The notes: a model not told the origin generated them from the sequence alone. A stretch of 64,000 nt of DNA from an uncultured Gammaproteobacteria bacterium (GCA_964637955.1 CAZWXQ010000004.1:81296-145295); one strand, 5' to 3'; numbered from the stretch's first letter, positions 35,802-46,214 are shown. Translations and numbers: made by a program.

Positions 35802-36917
35802 CTATCCCTGAATCCTTATGGGCATAATTAGGTGAAGAAAAGAATCATCCCCTACTGTTTTGAAAACTCCTGGATTTAATGGCCCTGTCATTTCAAATGA
35901 AATCATCTCATCATCAATATTTGTTAAAAAATCTAAAAGATATCTAGAATTAAAAGCTATTTCATTTTCTTCGCCTTTTACTTTTGCTTCTACTTCCACC
36001 TCATTCTCCCCTGCTCCGGATGCAGAAGCGGAAAAAACCAACTTATCTTTACCAATTGAAATTTTTATAATGTTTGCAGCCTCTCTAGCGAACACAGAGC
36101 AGCTTCTTACAGCATTCAGAGCGTCTTGCCTGTCAAACTGCGCAATCGTATTTGAATCCTCTGGAATTATCTTCTGATAATCAGGGTATGTTGCTTCAAT
36201 AAGTCTTCCGACGATCACATTGTCAGCTAGTTCAAATAAAACCTGATTGCTTGATCCAGATGTAAAAAGCGTTATGTTTTCGTCATCTGATTTAGCACTA
36301 ATTACCTCTTTAATCACTCTTGCAGAAACCAAAAGCTGACTAGATTCGTCCGGTGTCAAATCCTTAGAAGCAACATCTTTTTTCAATGACAACCTATAAC
36401 CATCGGTTGCTACTATGCTAATGCCCTTTCCTTCAGGTTTAATCAATACCCCAGACAAGGCAGGTCTAGTCGAGTCCTGCGCTGCGGCGAAAACAATTCT
36501 TGAAACTACACTATCAAATGTTTTCTTCTTAAACTCTGCCTGTTTTACGCCTTTGTTTTCATAAAGCTTCGGGAATTCTGTTGCGGCTAGAATTGGAAAT
36601 TGGGTTTTTAAATGCGTTCCTGAAAGCATTAGCGAGCCTTCCTTCTCTTCAAGTGTTACTTTGTCTGCACTTACGCTGTTTATTAGGTCCAAAAAGGTTT
36701 TTGCAGGAATTGTAACTTGACCCTCACCTTCTACCTTAGCTGGAACGGTGCACTCTATTCCTATTTCTAAATCTGTTGCAGAAATTGTCAAGTTTCCATC
36801 TTTTGCTGCTAATAAAAAGTTTAAGAGAATTGGCAATGGGCTTCTAGAAGAGATTGCATGGTGGGAAAAAGATATTCCAGTTTTTAGATTCTCTAAAAGA
36901 ATAGTGGTTTTTAACAT
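35802..36917 (-). CDS. dnaN: DNA polymerase III beta subunit (sliding clamp)
   Basis: 371 aa; position immediately downstream of dnaA; N-terminal LKxxxxxLxxxL...ILLxxxxxxLxLxATDLExxI pattern. Confidence 0.85.
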   Translation of the reverse strand: MLKTTILLENLKTGISFSHHAISSRSPLPILLNFLLAAKDGNLTISATDLEIGIECTVPAKVEGEGQVTIPAKTFLDLINSVSADKVTLEEKEGSLMLSGTHLKTQFPILAATEFPKLYENKGVKQAEFKKKTFDSVVSRIVFAAAQDSTRPALSGVLIKPEGKGISIVATDGYRLSLKKDVASKDLTPDESSQLLVSARVIKEVISAKSDDENITLFTSGSSNQVLFELADNVIVGRLIEATYPDYQKIIPEDSNTIAQFDRQDALNAVRSCSVFAREAANIIKISIGKDKLVFSASASGAGENEVEVEAKVKGEENEIAFNSRYLLDFLTNIDDEMISFEMTGPLNPGVFKTVGDDSFLHLIMPIRIQG

Positions 36918-37084
36918 AATATATATATTTGTTGTTGTAGTAGGTTACCAGGAAAAGTGGAAAAAAGCAACGCACTAGCCGTGAGAAATGGTGGATAACT
37001 TGTTGAAAAATAAAGTGTATATCTTGTGAATTGCTTTCTTTAAGAATTGATGTGTAAAAGATAAGAATACTTACCCACAAAGGC
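36918..37084. promoter_or_regulatory. dnaA-dnaN intergenic region with DnaA boxes (candidate oriC segment)
   Basis: GGTGGATAA at 36990-36998 (8/9 to TGTGGATAA) and TTACCCACA at about 37066-37074 (8/9 to TTATCCACA, opposite orientation), flanked by AT-rich tracts. A perfect TGTGGATAA also lies at 38433-38441 at the dnaA start. Confidence 0.45.
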
Positions 37085-38455
37085 TTATTGTAGCTTTATG
37101 CCAAGTGCTTCTTCTGTGTATTTCTTAGATTCAATAAGCTCTTCTATTTTTCCAACCCCATGCATAATTGTAGTGTGGTCACGTCCTCCTAATAAATTTC
37201 CTATCTCAGAATATGTTAGTCCTCCCTGAGTTTTAAAAACATACATACAGACTTGTCTTGCTCGAACTAGCTTAGCATCTCTTTTAATTCCTTTTAATTG
37301 GGTTGGTTTAATATTATAGAACTCGCAAATGCTTTTTATAGTCTCTTCGGGATAAAAAGCTTTTCTGATTGGCTCATTCCTGCTTAATGCTTTTGAAGCA
37401 ACATCTGGACTCGCGTTTGTGTCTTGTGAAGAGGCTTCAGTCATAACTCTTAAGAGAAGCCCTTCAAGCTCTCTTGTATCTTGGGTTTTTTCAGCAATTA
37501 TTTTTGCAGTCTCAATATCTAAATCGAAGTTAAACTTTTTTGCCTTGGTTAAGAGAATCGCACACCTGAGCTCAAAGTCAGGGCTATCTATATCTACCGT
37601 AAGCCCTCCTGAAAACCTGGAAAGAAGCCTTTTTTCTACTTTCCTTATCTCTTGAGGAGGTCTATCAGAGGTTAAAATTATTTGGGCTGTTTTATCAACG
37701 AGAATGTTAAATGTATGAAATAATTCTTCTTGCACTCTTTCCTTCCCGGCTATAAATTGAATATCATCAATCATTAAAAGATCAAGATTTCGAAACCTTC
37801 TTTTCATGTCCCCTGTCGTGTTGCCTCTAATCGCCTCAACTACTTCATTTGTAAATTCCTCACTAGTTATGTATAGAATTTTTTTATCAGGGGTTTTTAG
37901 ATAAAGTTCATTTGCAATGGCGTGCATAAGATGAGTCTTGCCTACTCCTACAGGGCCATATATAAAAAACGGATTATACGCGGTTCCTATTTTTTTGGCT
38001 ACTGTAGTAGCGCTTACAAAAGCTAGTTGATTGCTCCCAGACACAGCAAAATTTTGAAAGACATAATCTGGCCTTATTCTTGGGAGGTGACCGACAACTG
38101 CTCTTGGTTTTTCTGATGTTTGGAAAAGTGGGCCTTCATCTCTGGCCGCTGGAGTCGGTGTTTTTGGGACGAATATTATTTTTGTGTCAACTTTGGTTTC
38201 TAGGTCGACTGCTTTTTTGATTACCTCATAAAACCTTTTGTTTAAAAGATCGATTACGATTGATGAGGGAGCGGCTATGGTTGCAACATTGTCCTCAAGA
38301 GATAGAAGTGCGGTGTTTTTGAAAAGTGTTAAAAAGTTCGCTCCTGACACCTCGAGCTGAATCTGAGCTAGAATCCTTTTCCACATTTTCTCTAAGTCTT
38401 GGCTTTGCATAGTAACAATGAAGTTTAACAAATGTGGATAACTTTTCAATATCAT
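37085..38455 (-). CDS. dnaA: chromosomal replication initiator DnaA
   Basis: Walker A GPVGVGKTHLMHAIANE, AAA+ domain, C-terminal DNA-binding helix-turn-helix region (...LGGRDHTTIMHG...). Confidence 0.9.
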   Translation of the reverse strand: MILKSYPHLLNFIVTMQSQDLEKMWKRILAQIQLEVSGANFLTLFKNTALLSLEDNVATIAAPSSIVIDLLNKRFYEVIKKAVDLETKVDTKIIFVPKTPTPAARDEGPLFQTSEKPRAVVGHLPRIRPDYVFQNFAVSGSNQLAFVSATTVAKKIGTAYNPFFIYGPVGVGKTHLMHAIANELYLKTPDKKILYITSEEFTNEVVEAIRGNTTGDMKRRFRNLDLLMIDDIQFIAGKERVQEELFHTFNILVDKTAQIILTSDRPPQEIRKVEKRLLSRFSGGLTVDIDSPDFELRCAILLTKAKKFNFDLDIETAKIIAEKTQDTRELEGLLLRVMTEASSQDTNASPDVASKALSRNEPIRKAFYPEETIKSICEFYNIKPTQLKGIKRDAKLVRARQVCMYVFKTQGGLTYSEIGNLLGGRDHTTIMHGVGKIEELIESKKYTEEALGIKLQ

Positions 38456-38527
38456 GAAAATGGATATAAGTAGATCAATATTCTTGAGGATTTAAAAAAG
38501 ATTAAGTTTTTGCTATAATTGCACTCA

Positions 38528-38663
38528 TATGGAAAAATTTAGAAAGCTTAAAAAACTTAAAAGAGCAAGAAAGCACGGCTTTTTATCAAGAAGTAAAACT
38601 TCAGGTGGTCAAAAAGTGTTGACTGCTCGAAGAGCAAAAGGTAGAAAAAAGCTCACCGTTTAA
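38528..38663 (+). CDS. rpmH: 50S ribosomal protein L34, reading frame broken by one extra T in a T6 run (38579-38584); probably a sequencing error
   Basis: [18 protein letters not shown] | (frameshift) | [26 protein letters not shown] matches the L34 consensus end to end. As written the first frame stops after 22 codons. Stop overlaps the rnpA ATG (TAATG). Confidence 0.7.
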
Positions 38664-38983
38664 TGTTAAAGAAAGTAAATAGACTTCCCTCTCCAAGGTT
38701 ATTTAATTCAAAAAATTCCAGTACCCCCCTTTTTAACATAAAAATTGCCAGTAATAATCTTAAAACCAAGAGGTTTGCTTTTGTAATTTCAAAGAAAGTT
38801 GATAAGAGAGCTGTGGTTAGGAATTCCCTTAGAAGAAAGTTCTCCTCGTGTGTTGAGGAAATTTTTGATAGAATAGAGGACGGATTTGATTTTGTGTTTT
38901 ATCCAAGCCCTCAGGCAGTAATTGCTCCCAGGGAAAAAGTCCTAGATGAAATAAGTAAAATACTTAAAATAAAAAATGATTAA
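38663..38983 (+). CDS. rnpA: ribonuclease P protein component
   Basis: Position after rpmH; basic 106-aa protein with RNR/KRAVVRNSLRR motif. Confidence 0.8.
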   Translation: MLKKVNRLPSPRLFNSKNSSTPLFNIKIASNNLKTKRFAFVISKKVDKRAVVRNSLRRKFSSCVEEIFDRIEDGFDFVFYPSPQAVIAPREKVLDEISKILKIKND

Positions 38984-39185
38984 AAACGCCTCAATTACTT
39001 CTATTAATGTTTACCAGATTTTTGTGTCCCCTACTCTGAAAAATTTACTTGGCGTAAATGCTATGTGTAGATTTGATGAGACCTGTTCTGCATATTCAAA
39101 GAGAATGATTATAGAGAAAGGAGTTATAAGAGGAATTGGCTTAGGGCTCGTAAGAATCTTAAAGTGCCAGCCTTTTACAAGTTAA
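38976..39185 (+). CDS. yidD: membrane protein insertion efficiency factor YidD
   Basis: CRFDETCSAYS motif (CRFxPTCSxY), 69 aa, between rnpA and yidC. Confidence 0.75.
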   Translation: MIKNASITSINVYQIFVSPTLKNLLGVNAMCRFDETCSAYSKRMIIEKGVIRGIGLGLVRILKCQPFTS

Positions 39186-39186
39186 T

Positions 39187-40005
39187 ATGGAGATTTTTAA
39201 TCAGTTTGTGGTTTACCCATTAATAAATGTTCTTGTTGCAATTTATGACGTTTTCTATTACATCCATATTCCTTATGCTTTAGGATTTTCTATCATTGGG
39301 CTTACGATAATAATTAGATTTATTCTTTATCCTTTAACCAATTCTCAGCTTAGAGCAAGTAAAAAAATGCAAGCACTTTCCCCTCAAATTTCAGCTATAA
39401 AAGCTAAGTTTAAAGGAGACAATAAAAAAGTTCAGGAAGAGACGATGAAGCTTTATAAATCTAACGGCGTAAATCCAGCAGCTGGGTGTTTACCTACCTT
39501 GGTTCAGCTTCCTATTCTTTGGGGTCTTTATAATGTGTTAAATGGCATAGTACATAAAACCCCTGAGCAAGCTATGGTATATGTAAACAGTATTGTTATT
39601 GAGCCTTTGCAGTTAACTCAACCTTGGGATCCAACTTTCTTTGGAATTCCTTTAGGGTTAAGTCCGCATCAGCTTTTAAGCACACTTCCCTTAGTCGCAA
39701 TTGCAGTCCCAGTAGTAACAGGTGTATTCCAATTCCTTCAATCAAAGATGATGTTCTCAACTCCTGCAAGTAGTGCACCGGCGGTTAAAGGTCAAAAGGA
39801 TGATTTCGCAACAGTATTTCAGAAACAATCCGCATATTTGTTTCCAATTATGATCGGTTTCTTCTCTTGGAATTTTCCTTTCGGATTATCTTTGTACTGG
39901 AATACGTTCTCGATTTTTGGTATCATACAGCAGTACAGGGTTACAGGCTTAGGAGGGCTTGAAGATTTATGGCAAAAGATCAGAAAAACACAGAAGAAAA
40001 AGTAA
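39187..40005 (+). CDS. yidC: membrane insertase YidC (short form)
   Basis: 272 aa, 5 TM pattern, conserved position in the rpmH-rnpA-yidD-yidC-jag cluster. Confidence 0.8.
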   Translation: MEIFNQFVVYPLINVLVAIYDVFYYIHIPYALGFSIIGLTIIIRFILYPLTNSQLRASKKMQALSPQISAIKAKFKGDNKKVQEETMKLYKSNGVNPAAGCLPTLVQLPILWGLYNVLNGIVHKTPEQAMVYVNSIVIEPLQLTQPWDPTFFGIPLGLSPHQLLSTLPLVAIAVPVVTGVFQFLQSKMMFSTPASSAPAVKGQKDDFATVFQKQSAYLFPIMIGFFSWNFPFGLSLYWNTFSIFGIIQQYRVTGLGGLEDLWQKIRKTQKKK

Positions 40006-40418
40006 AAGAAATTTTTGAAACAATCGGAATCACCGATTCATTTGAGGTAATCGAATCCGATGAATCAGTTGAGATAGTTTTAAATTCAGAAGACCCTGGA
40101 ATGATTATTGGACACCACGGCGATACTCTTGATTCTCTTCAGCTCATGTTATCTCTAATGCTCGCAAAAGAATCAGGCGAATTTAAAAGAGTACAACTCG
40201 AAGTTGGAGAATATAAAAAGAATCGCTCAGATTATCTTAGAAATCTTGCTGAGCAAACAAGACAGCGTGCTCTTTCAGAAGGAAGAGAAATATATTTGCC
40301 AAGTCTTAAGCCCTGGGAAAGACGCGAAGTTCATATGTATTTAGCAGAAGATGAAGAGGTAATTTCAGAGTCAGTTGGTGAAGGAAAAGAAAGAACCTTA
40401 GTAGTAAAACCTCGATAA
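39969..40418 (+). CDS. jag: Jag/KhpB-like RNA-binding protein (KH + R3H)
   Basis: Follows yidC; C-terminal R3H-like EVGEYKKNRSDYLRNLAEQTRQRALSEGREIYLPSLKPWERREVHMYL. Confidence 0.7.
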   Translation: MAKDQKNTEEKVKEIFETIGITDSFEVIESDESVEIVLNSEDPGMIIGHHGDTLDSLQLMLSLMLAKESGEFKRVQLEVGEYKKNRSDYLRNLAEQTRQRALSEGREIYLPSLKPWERREVHMYLAEDEEVISESVGEGKERTLVVKPR

Positions 40419-40499
40419 TACCCGCCCCTTTTTTTTATTGTAACGTTTATTTTTGTATTAAAGTACAAATCTTATGAGATGTTATAATTTGAATAAAGC

Positions 40500-40991
40500 T
40501 TGTTTAATCTTATGATAATAATTGTGACTGGTGCCCCTGGCTCAGGAAAAAGTAAAACTTGTAAGCATCTATTAGAATTAACTGAAAATAGTGCTTGGAT
40601 TGATGGCGATTCTCTTCTCGCAACCAATCCTTTTAATAGATCCGAACAACGTTTAATTAGATATAAAAATATTGCATTTCTTGTTAAGAATTACTACGAA
40701 GGCGGATTTAAAACAATATATATTTCATTTGTTTATGCAAGACAGGGAGATCTTGAAACTCAAATAAATTTATTTGAGGACATGGATAAAATGAAAGTTT
40801 TTGCACTAATTCCAAATAATAAATCTTTATCAAAGCATCATTTAGGGGACGCTTATAATAGAGTGGACATTAAATCCTCAGTAGAATTAAATAATAAAAT
40901 CGCACTACTTGATAACTTAGAGATAATTGATAATTCGAATTTGTCTATTGACGATGTGTCTAATTATATCTTAAAAACAATTTTCCAATAA
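40500..40991 (+). CDS. P-loop NTPase / kinase-like protein
   Basis: Walker A MIIIVTGAPGSGKSKT near the N-terminus; 163 aa. Confidence 0.5.
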   Translation: MFNLMIIIVTGAPGSGKSKTCKHLLELTENSAWIDGDSLLATNPFNRSEQRLIRYKNIAFLVKNYYEGGFKTIYISFVYARQGDLETQINLFEDMDKMKVFALIPNNKSLSKHHLGDAYNRVDIKSSVELNNKIALLDNLEIIDNSNLSIDDVSNYILKTIFQ

Positions 40992-41076
40992 AATATTTTG
41001 CTCCTTATTATAACAACCTCTCCTTCCCGATTATAGTTGAATAAATTAATAATCTTAAATGTTATAATTCTTAGTA

Positions 41077-41697
41077 ATGATAATTGATTTAACTCATGTT
41101 TTTGATAATGACGTGCCAGTTTATCCGGGAGATCCAAAGGCCTCACTTTCCCAAACAGCGTTTATTGATAACGACACTTACAATGATCACAAGCTGGTTA
41201 CTCAAATGCATGTAGGGACTCATATGGACGCTCCACGACATATGATAAGTGGTGGCAAAAGAATTAATGAATTGTCTACTGATAGTTTCATTGGAAGTGG
41301 TTTTCTTATAAACGCAATTGGCAAAAAAGAAATTGGATTAGAAGTTATAAAAGAAGTTGAATTAAAAAGTGAAAGTATCGTTTTAATCTACACAGGATTT
41401 GATAAATTTTATAGAGAAGAAAAATATTTTAATGACTCCTCTTTTCTTTCAGTAGAATTCGCAAAATATTTGGTGGAGAAAAAAGTGAAAATAGTTGGAT
41501 TGGATTTTCAGGGACCCGATGTTGATTCATCTTGGCCAGTTCATAAAATATTACTTAGTAATGATACTCTAATTATTGAAAACTTAAAAAATCTCGAAAA
41601 GTTAGTTGGCGTTAAAGAGTTTGAAATAATTGCACTTCCTATGAATTTAAAATCCGATGGTGCTCCTGTCAGAGTTATTGCAATAGTTTATAAATAA
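41077..41697 (+). CDS. cyclase family protein (kynurenine formamidase-like)
   Basis: HVGTHMDAPRH (HxGTHxDxPxH) metal-binding motif typical of the putative cyclase family. Confidence 0.75.
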   Translation: MIIDLTHVFDNDVPVYPGDPKASLSQTAFIDNDTYNDHKLVTQMHVGTHMDAPRHMISGGKRINELSTDSFIGSGFLINAIGKKEIGLEVIKEVELKSESIVLIYTGFDKFYREEKYFNDSSFLSVEFAKYLVEKKVKIVGLDFQGPDVDSSWPVHKILLSNDTLIIENLKNLEKLVGVKEFEIIALPMNLKSDGAPVRVIAIVYK

Positions 41698-42073
41698 TTT
41701 CTATTTAGTTTCCTGCTCTTTAGTTTAATCTAATATTATTAAAGAGTTTATTAAAGCACTTCAGGTAAATGTTAATTCTTTTAAGATACTATTTGGGTAT
41801 TATTGATTGTTAGAATTACAAAAGATTATGTCTTGCCTAAGATGTAGAGTCTAGATTTAGTTATTCAAGAAAATATATATTAAACAATGCAAACGTAAAT
41901 GTAGCCAATATGTTTTCACGAGGTCTAAAGTCTGGTAGAATGGTTTTAAGTTACGTTCCTTTAATTTTAATCAAACGCTATGCACTGTTATTTTGCGACA
42001 TTCGGTATTTTACTCGAACGCAGATAGATTGATATAGCAATCTAATAAAAATTATCCGAATAGTAAGTCAAAA

Positions 42074-42505
42074 ATGTATAATCTAGCCTCAATTAACATA
42101 TTCACTGATGGAGGAAGCCGGGGAAATCCTGGTGAGTCTGCATTAGGCACGTATATAGAGACAGATGATCAAAAAGAAATTGTTTCTATTGGAAAAAGAT
42201 TGGGAATTGCTACAAATAATGTTGCTGAATATAGTGCAATAAGAGAAGGTCTGTCTTGGGTGCTTGAGCATTTGGGAGAATTTGAATCTCTTAATAAAAT
42301 AAATTTTTACATGGATTCAAATCTTGCAGTACAGCAATTAAACGGCGTTTATAAAATAAAAAATGCTGGACTTAGAGAAATCTTTTTTGACATAAAAGGA
42401 TTGGAAAACCAAATAAAAATTCCTATTTACTACACGCATATTCCAAGAGAAAAAAATAAAAAAGCTGATAGGCTTGTAAATCTTGCTTTAGATTATTTAA
42501 TATAA
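42074..42505 (+). CDS. rnhA: ribonuclease HI
   Basis: FTDGGSRGNPG catalytic motif, AEYSAIREGL, YMDSNL..., C-terminal ADRLVNLAL. Confidence 0.8.
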   Translation: MYNLASINIFTDGGSRGNPGESALGTYIETDDQKEIVSIGKRLGIATNNVAEYSAIREGLSWVLEHLGEFESLNKINFYMDSNLAVQQLNGVYKIKNAGLREIFFDIKGLENQIKIPIYYTHIPREKNKKADRLVNLALDYLI

Positions 42506-42506
42506 A

Positions 42507-45092
42507 ATGCAAAATAATTCCTTCACTGCTCAAGAAAAAAAGCCCAATCAGGCAATTTTAATAGTTGATAAAGTTGGTGTAATCGGAGGAAGATTGTCAC
42601 AAGAATTATCAAAAGACTTTGTAGTTTTTTTGTTAAGCAATAGGCCGCTTTCTGAATTTAGTAAAAATATAATTCAATCTCCATTTAAAAATAGTGTCCC
42701 AAAGGTAGTCAAAAATAATTACACTAAGATTTTTATAATTGATGACGGAAACGATATTACTAGAAAATCTGTTTTTTCTTTTATCGATAATGCAAGGCAA
42801 ATAAATGCCGAAGTTTATTTTTTGGGAAGTATCAGAAATATAGATCTAAAATATTCAGACGAAATACTGGGAAGATATGGAAAAGTAAAAGTCTTAGTTT
42901 TCGGAGATTTATTTGATAATAAATATCTTTTTGATAAAAATTCATCAATCACAAAATTCATTATTCAAATAAGAAAGAATAAAAAAATAGAAGTAAGAGG
43001 AGATGGTCTTTCTTTAAATTATCCGATTAATTTTGAAGATACAATTAAATTAATAATCAAATCAATTTATATTAAGATTCCGAAAAAATCTATACTTCTT
43101 TTTTCTCAACACCCAATCACTGATATTTCACTGGCTAATACTTTTAAAAAAATAGATCCGGATATAGATGTGGATTTTGTAAATGCTCAAAATGCTCAGA
43201 AATTGTATTTTCCAAATAGCAAAGAATTTGCTTTGGCAAAATATGATTTAACAAAAAAATTAAATGAAATCGACTTAAGCTCCAGCGACAACGATTTAGT
43301 GGAATATAAAGAAGACAAAAATAATTTCAGTTTTATTAAGCCAGTTTTATTTTTCTTCTTGGCTTGTTTATTTTTACTGTCGCTTCCTTTGTTGTCGACC
43401 TATGCATACTCATTCTTGGGATTTTCTCAAGTTAATTCAGCTAAACGAGCGGCAGATAAAGGAGATTTTAAAAAAGCACTTGGAAAAATAAATAATGCAA
43501 GTATTTTTTTTAATTTTGCTAAACAAACTAGCGGACCACTTATTTATGAAGCAGAGCTAATTGGTTTAGAGAGCAGAGTAGAGCCAGTAATTAAAAATAT
43601 AAATTCTGGAAAAAATCTTTCTAACGCATCAGTTAGTCTTTTAAATGGTTTAATAAAAATTCAAAATATTCAAACAAAAGGAGATTTAAATGAATCAATA
43701 AATTATCTTAAGAATGCAAATATTCTTCTGCAGGAATTAAAAGCTACCAACCAATTCCCAAAACAAATGTCAGAAGAATTTCAAAATATAATGCCACTTG
43801 TTGAGATCGTTTCCAATTCCTCAGATGTTGCAGGGGATATTCTTGGTTTTGATAAAGAAAAAAAATACTTAATTCTTTTTCAAAACAATTTAGAATTAAG
43901 ACCAAGCGGGGGAGTTGTTGATGTCGTCGGAGTTTTGAAAGTTAAGAATGGAAAAATGGTTGGATTTGATTTGCTTGATGTAAATGACTTAGACAAAAAG
44001 CTTAATGTTTATGTTGAACCCCCATTTGCGCTTAGGAGATACTTGCCAACAGACAACTTTTATTTGAAAGATAGTGCTTCAAATTCAGATTTTGTTAATA
44101 GTGCAATTGATGCATCAAACATTTATCAGATAATTTCAGAAAATGAAATAGATGGAATAATTGATTTAAATTTAGGTTTTTTAAATAAGTTACTAGCTCT
44201 ACCAAATACTAATTTTAATTATTCAAATAAAAAAATCTCAAATGATAATTTTCTTGAATATGCTGCAAATGATAAGAGTCCATCAAAATTAAATTTTTAT
44301 AAAGAGCTTTTTTTAAGCTTGTCTATGAATTTTAATAATAACACTCCATATTCTTCGTTGTCAGAAATAGTTGGGGGTTCTATTGAAGAAAAGGAAATCC
44401 TATTTGCGTTTAAGGACTCTAATATACAAAATATTTTTACAGTAAATTCGCTTTCAAATGCTCTTGTTGAAAGTAGAAAAAATGAAAAAAATTTAATAAA
44501 TGATTTCTTTGGAATTAGTGAGTCAAATCTAGGGAATAATAAAGTAAATTATTATATATCAAGAAGTGTTAGTAGAGAATTAAAGATTAATGAAAATAAT
44601 GAATTTATTTCTACTGCCAAAATTTCATTTAAAAACAATAGCCAGAATTTGAATTATAAAAATTATCTTCAAATAATTTTGCCAATTGGATCAAAGCTTA
44701 CAGAGGTTTCAGTTGGTGGAAGAATCGTAGATTTAAAAACTGCTATTATTGACCCAAATATTTACGAAAAGGATAATTTTAAATCTCCTGAAGGTTTGGA
44801 AGTCGAGCAAGTGATTCAGAAAGATAAAATTATTTATGGGTTTCTTGTTAATATTCCGAGTCAAGCGGTTAGGGTAGTTTCAGTTTCATATTCTTTGCCA
44901 TTCAAATTTGACACTAGAGAAAATTTTGAAAAATATTCTTTGCTTGTTTATAAACAACCAGGAATCGAGTCTTTTCCTTTCGAACAAATATTTAAATTGC
45001 CAAGTGATTTTAAGGTATTGCCAAACAGTGCAATTTCTGTAGAGATAAAAAAAGATGAGATATTTAATTCAATTATCTCGCAAGAAAAATAA
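42507..45092 (+). CDS. large membrane protein: N-terminal Rossmann-like domain, TM segment, long extracellular domain (DUF4012-like), hypothetical
   Basis: ILIVDKVGVIGGRLSQEL (GxxGxxG-like); hydrophobic helix FFFLACLFLLSLPLLS at about residue 280; 861 aa N/K-rich. Confidence 0.5.
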   Translation: MQNNSFTAQEKKPNQAILIVDKVGVIGGRLSQELSKDFVVFLLSNRPLSEFSKNIIQSPFKNSVPKVVKNNYTKIFIIDDGNDITRKSVFSFIDNARQINAEVYFLGSIRNIDLKYSDEILGRYGKVKVLVFGDLFDNKYLFDKNSSITKFIIQIRKNKKIEVRGDGLSLNYPINFEDTIKLIIKSIYIKIPKKSILLFSQHPITDISLANTFKKIDPDIDVDFVNAQNAQKLYFPNSKEFALAKYDLTKKLNEIDLSSSDNDLVEYKEDKNNFSFIKPVLFFFLACLFLLSLPLLSTYAYSFLGFSQVNSAKRAADKGDFKKALGKINNASIFFNFAKQTSGPLIYEAELIGLESRVEPVIKNINSGKNLSNASVSLLNGLIKIQNIQTKGDLNESINYLKNANILLQELKATNQFPKQMSEEFQNIMPLVEIVSNSSDVAGDILGFDKEKKYLILFQNNLELRPSGGVVDVVGVLKVKNGKMVGFDLLDVNDLDKKLNVYVEPPFALRRYLPTDNFYLKDSASNSDFVNSAIDASNIYQIISENEIDGIIDLNLGFLNKLLALPNTNFNYSNKKISNDNFLEYAANDKSPSKLNFYKELFLSLSMNFNNNTPYSSLSEIVGGSIEEKEILFAFKDSNIQNIFTVNSLSNALVESRKNEKNLINDFFGISESNLGNNKVNYYISRSVSRELKINENNEFISTAKISFKNNSQNLNYKNYLQIILPIGSKLTEVSVGGRIVDLKTAIIDPNIYEKDNFKSPEGLEVEQVIQKDKIIYGFLVNIPSQAVRVVSVSYSLPFKFDTRENFEKYSLLVYKQPGIESFPFEQIFKLPSDFKVLPNSAISVEIKKDEIFNSIISQEK

Positions 45093-45224
45093 ATTATTTT
45101 TCAAAAAGCTCCCTAAAGTTCGTCTCTATGTTTTTTAAATATAGCCGATTTTAAATTATTGATTTATTGTTTTGTTTATTTCCTCAGCTGTTATTAATTG
45201 TTAAATAGGTATTGTGCAGGATAA

Positions 45225-46214
45225 TTGCTTCAAAATTTGATAAAATCAACTGGTATGGAAATTTTTGCAATTATTTTAACCATTCTCGGTCTAAGTCTTT
45301 TTGAAATTATTACTTCAATCGACAATGCAGTTATAAATGCTGAAGTCCTTTCTACTATGTCGCAAAAAGCTAGAAGATGGTTTATGACATGGGGATTTTT
45401 TATAGCAGTAATTTTGGTAAGAGGTCTCTTGCCATTTGTTATTATCTGGGCAGCAATGCCAAGCCTTGGTCCTTTTGAAGTTTTGGGTGTTTCTTTCGGA
45501 GGAAGTGAAGCTGCGGCTCATGCCGTAGAAAGAGCAGCGCCAATTCTTCTGATGGGTGGAGGAGTATTTTTAATTTTTCTATTTCTTCATTGGCTTTTTC
45601 TAGAGCCAAAGAATTTTGGACTTCGTCCAGAAAGATTTTTTCAAAAGCAAGGTGCGTGGTTTTATGCGATAGTTTCTGTTTTTCTAACAATTGTCACTTG
45701 GTTTGCTCTTCAGATTGATAAGGAGATGGCATTTGGAGCAATAGTTGGTTCTACGGCATTTTTTATAATTCATGGTTTTAGGCAATATGCTGAGTCTCAG
45801 GAGGAAAAATTGTTAGATAAGAAGAATAGTATGTCAGATTTTTCTAAAATTGCTTATCTTGAGGTTCTCGATGCAACATTTTCAATAGATGGTGTGATCG
45901 GAGCATTTGCTTTTACGTTCTCTGTTCCTTTAATTCTTCTTGGAAATGGTCTTGGAGCGCTAATTTTAAGAAAGCTTACGATAAGCAATATTGATAGGAT
46001 CAAAAGTTATAAGTTCTTGAAAAATGGCGCAATGTATTCTATTTTTGCCCTTGGTATTATTATGATTATTGATAGTTTTGGAGTTCATATTCCTCCATAT
46101 GTATCTCCAATAATTACATTTTCGGTAGTTGGTATTTTCTTTTACAAATCAAAGGTAGAGCTTAATAAAATGAAAGGTGATTTCTCAGCTGCAATTAAGA
46201 AGCCCTCTAAATAA
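45225..46214 (+). CDS. TerC/DUF475-family integral membrane protein
   Basis: EIITSIDNAVINAEVL motif near N-terminus, about 8 TM helices. Confidence 0.6.
   Translation: MLQNLIKSTGMEIFAIILTILGLSLFEIITSIDNAVINAEVLSTMSQKARRWFMTWGFFIAVILVRGLLPFVIIWAAMPSLGPFEVLGVSFGGSEAAAHAVERAAPILLMGGGVFLIFLFLHWLFLEPKNFGLRPERFFQKQGAWFYAIVSVFLTIVTWFALQIDKEMAFGAIVGSTAFFIIHGFRQYAESQEEKLLDKKNSMSDFSKIAYLEVLDATFSIDGVIGAFAFTFSVPLILLGNGLGALILRKLTISNIDRIKSYKFLKNGAMYSIFALGIIMIIDSFGVHIPPYVSPIITFSVVGIFFYKSKVELNKMKGDFSAAIKKPSK

Noticed and set aside
36748-37655. Track ORFs 36748..36978, 36844..37080, 37419..37655
   Set aside because: They overlap dnaN/dnaA coding sequence or the AT-rich origin spacer, and have no start context.
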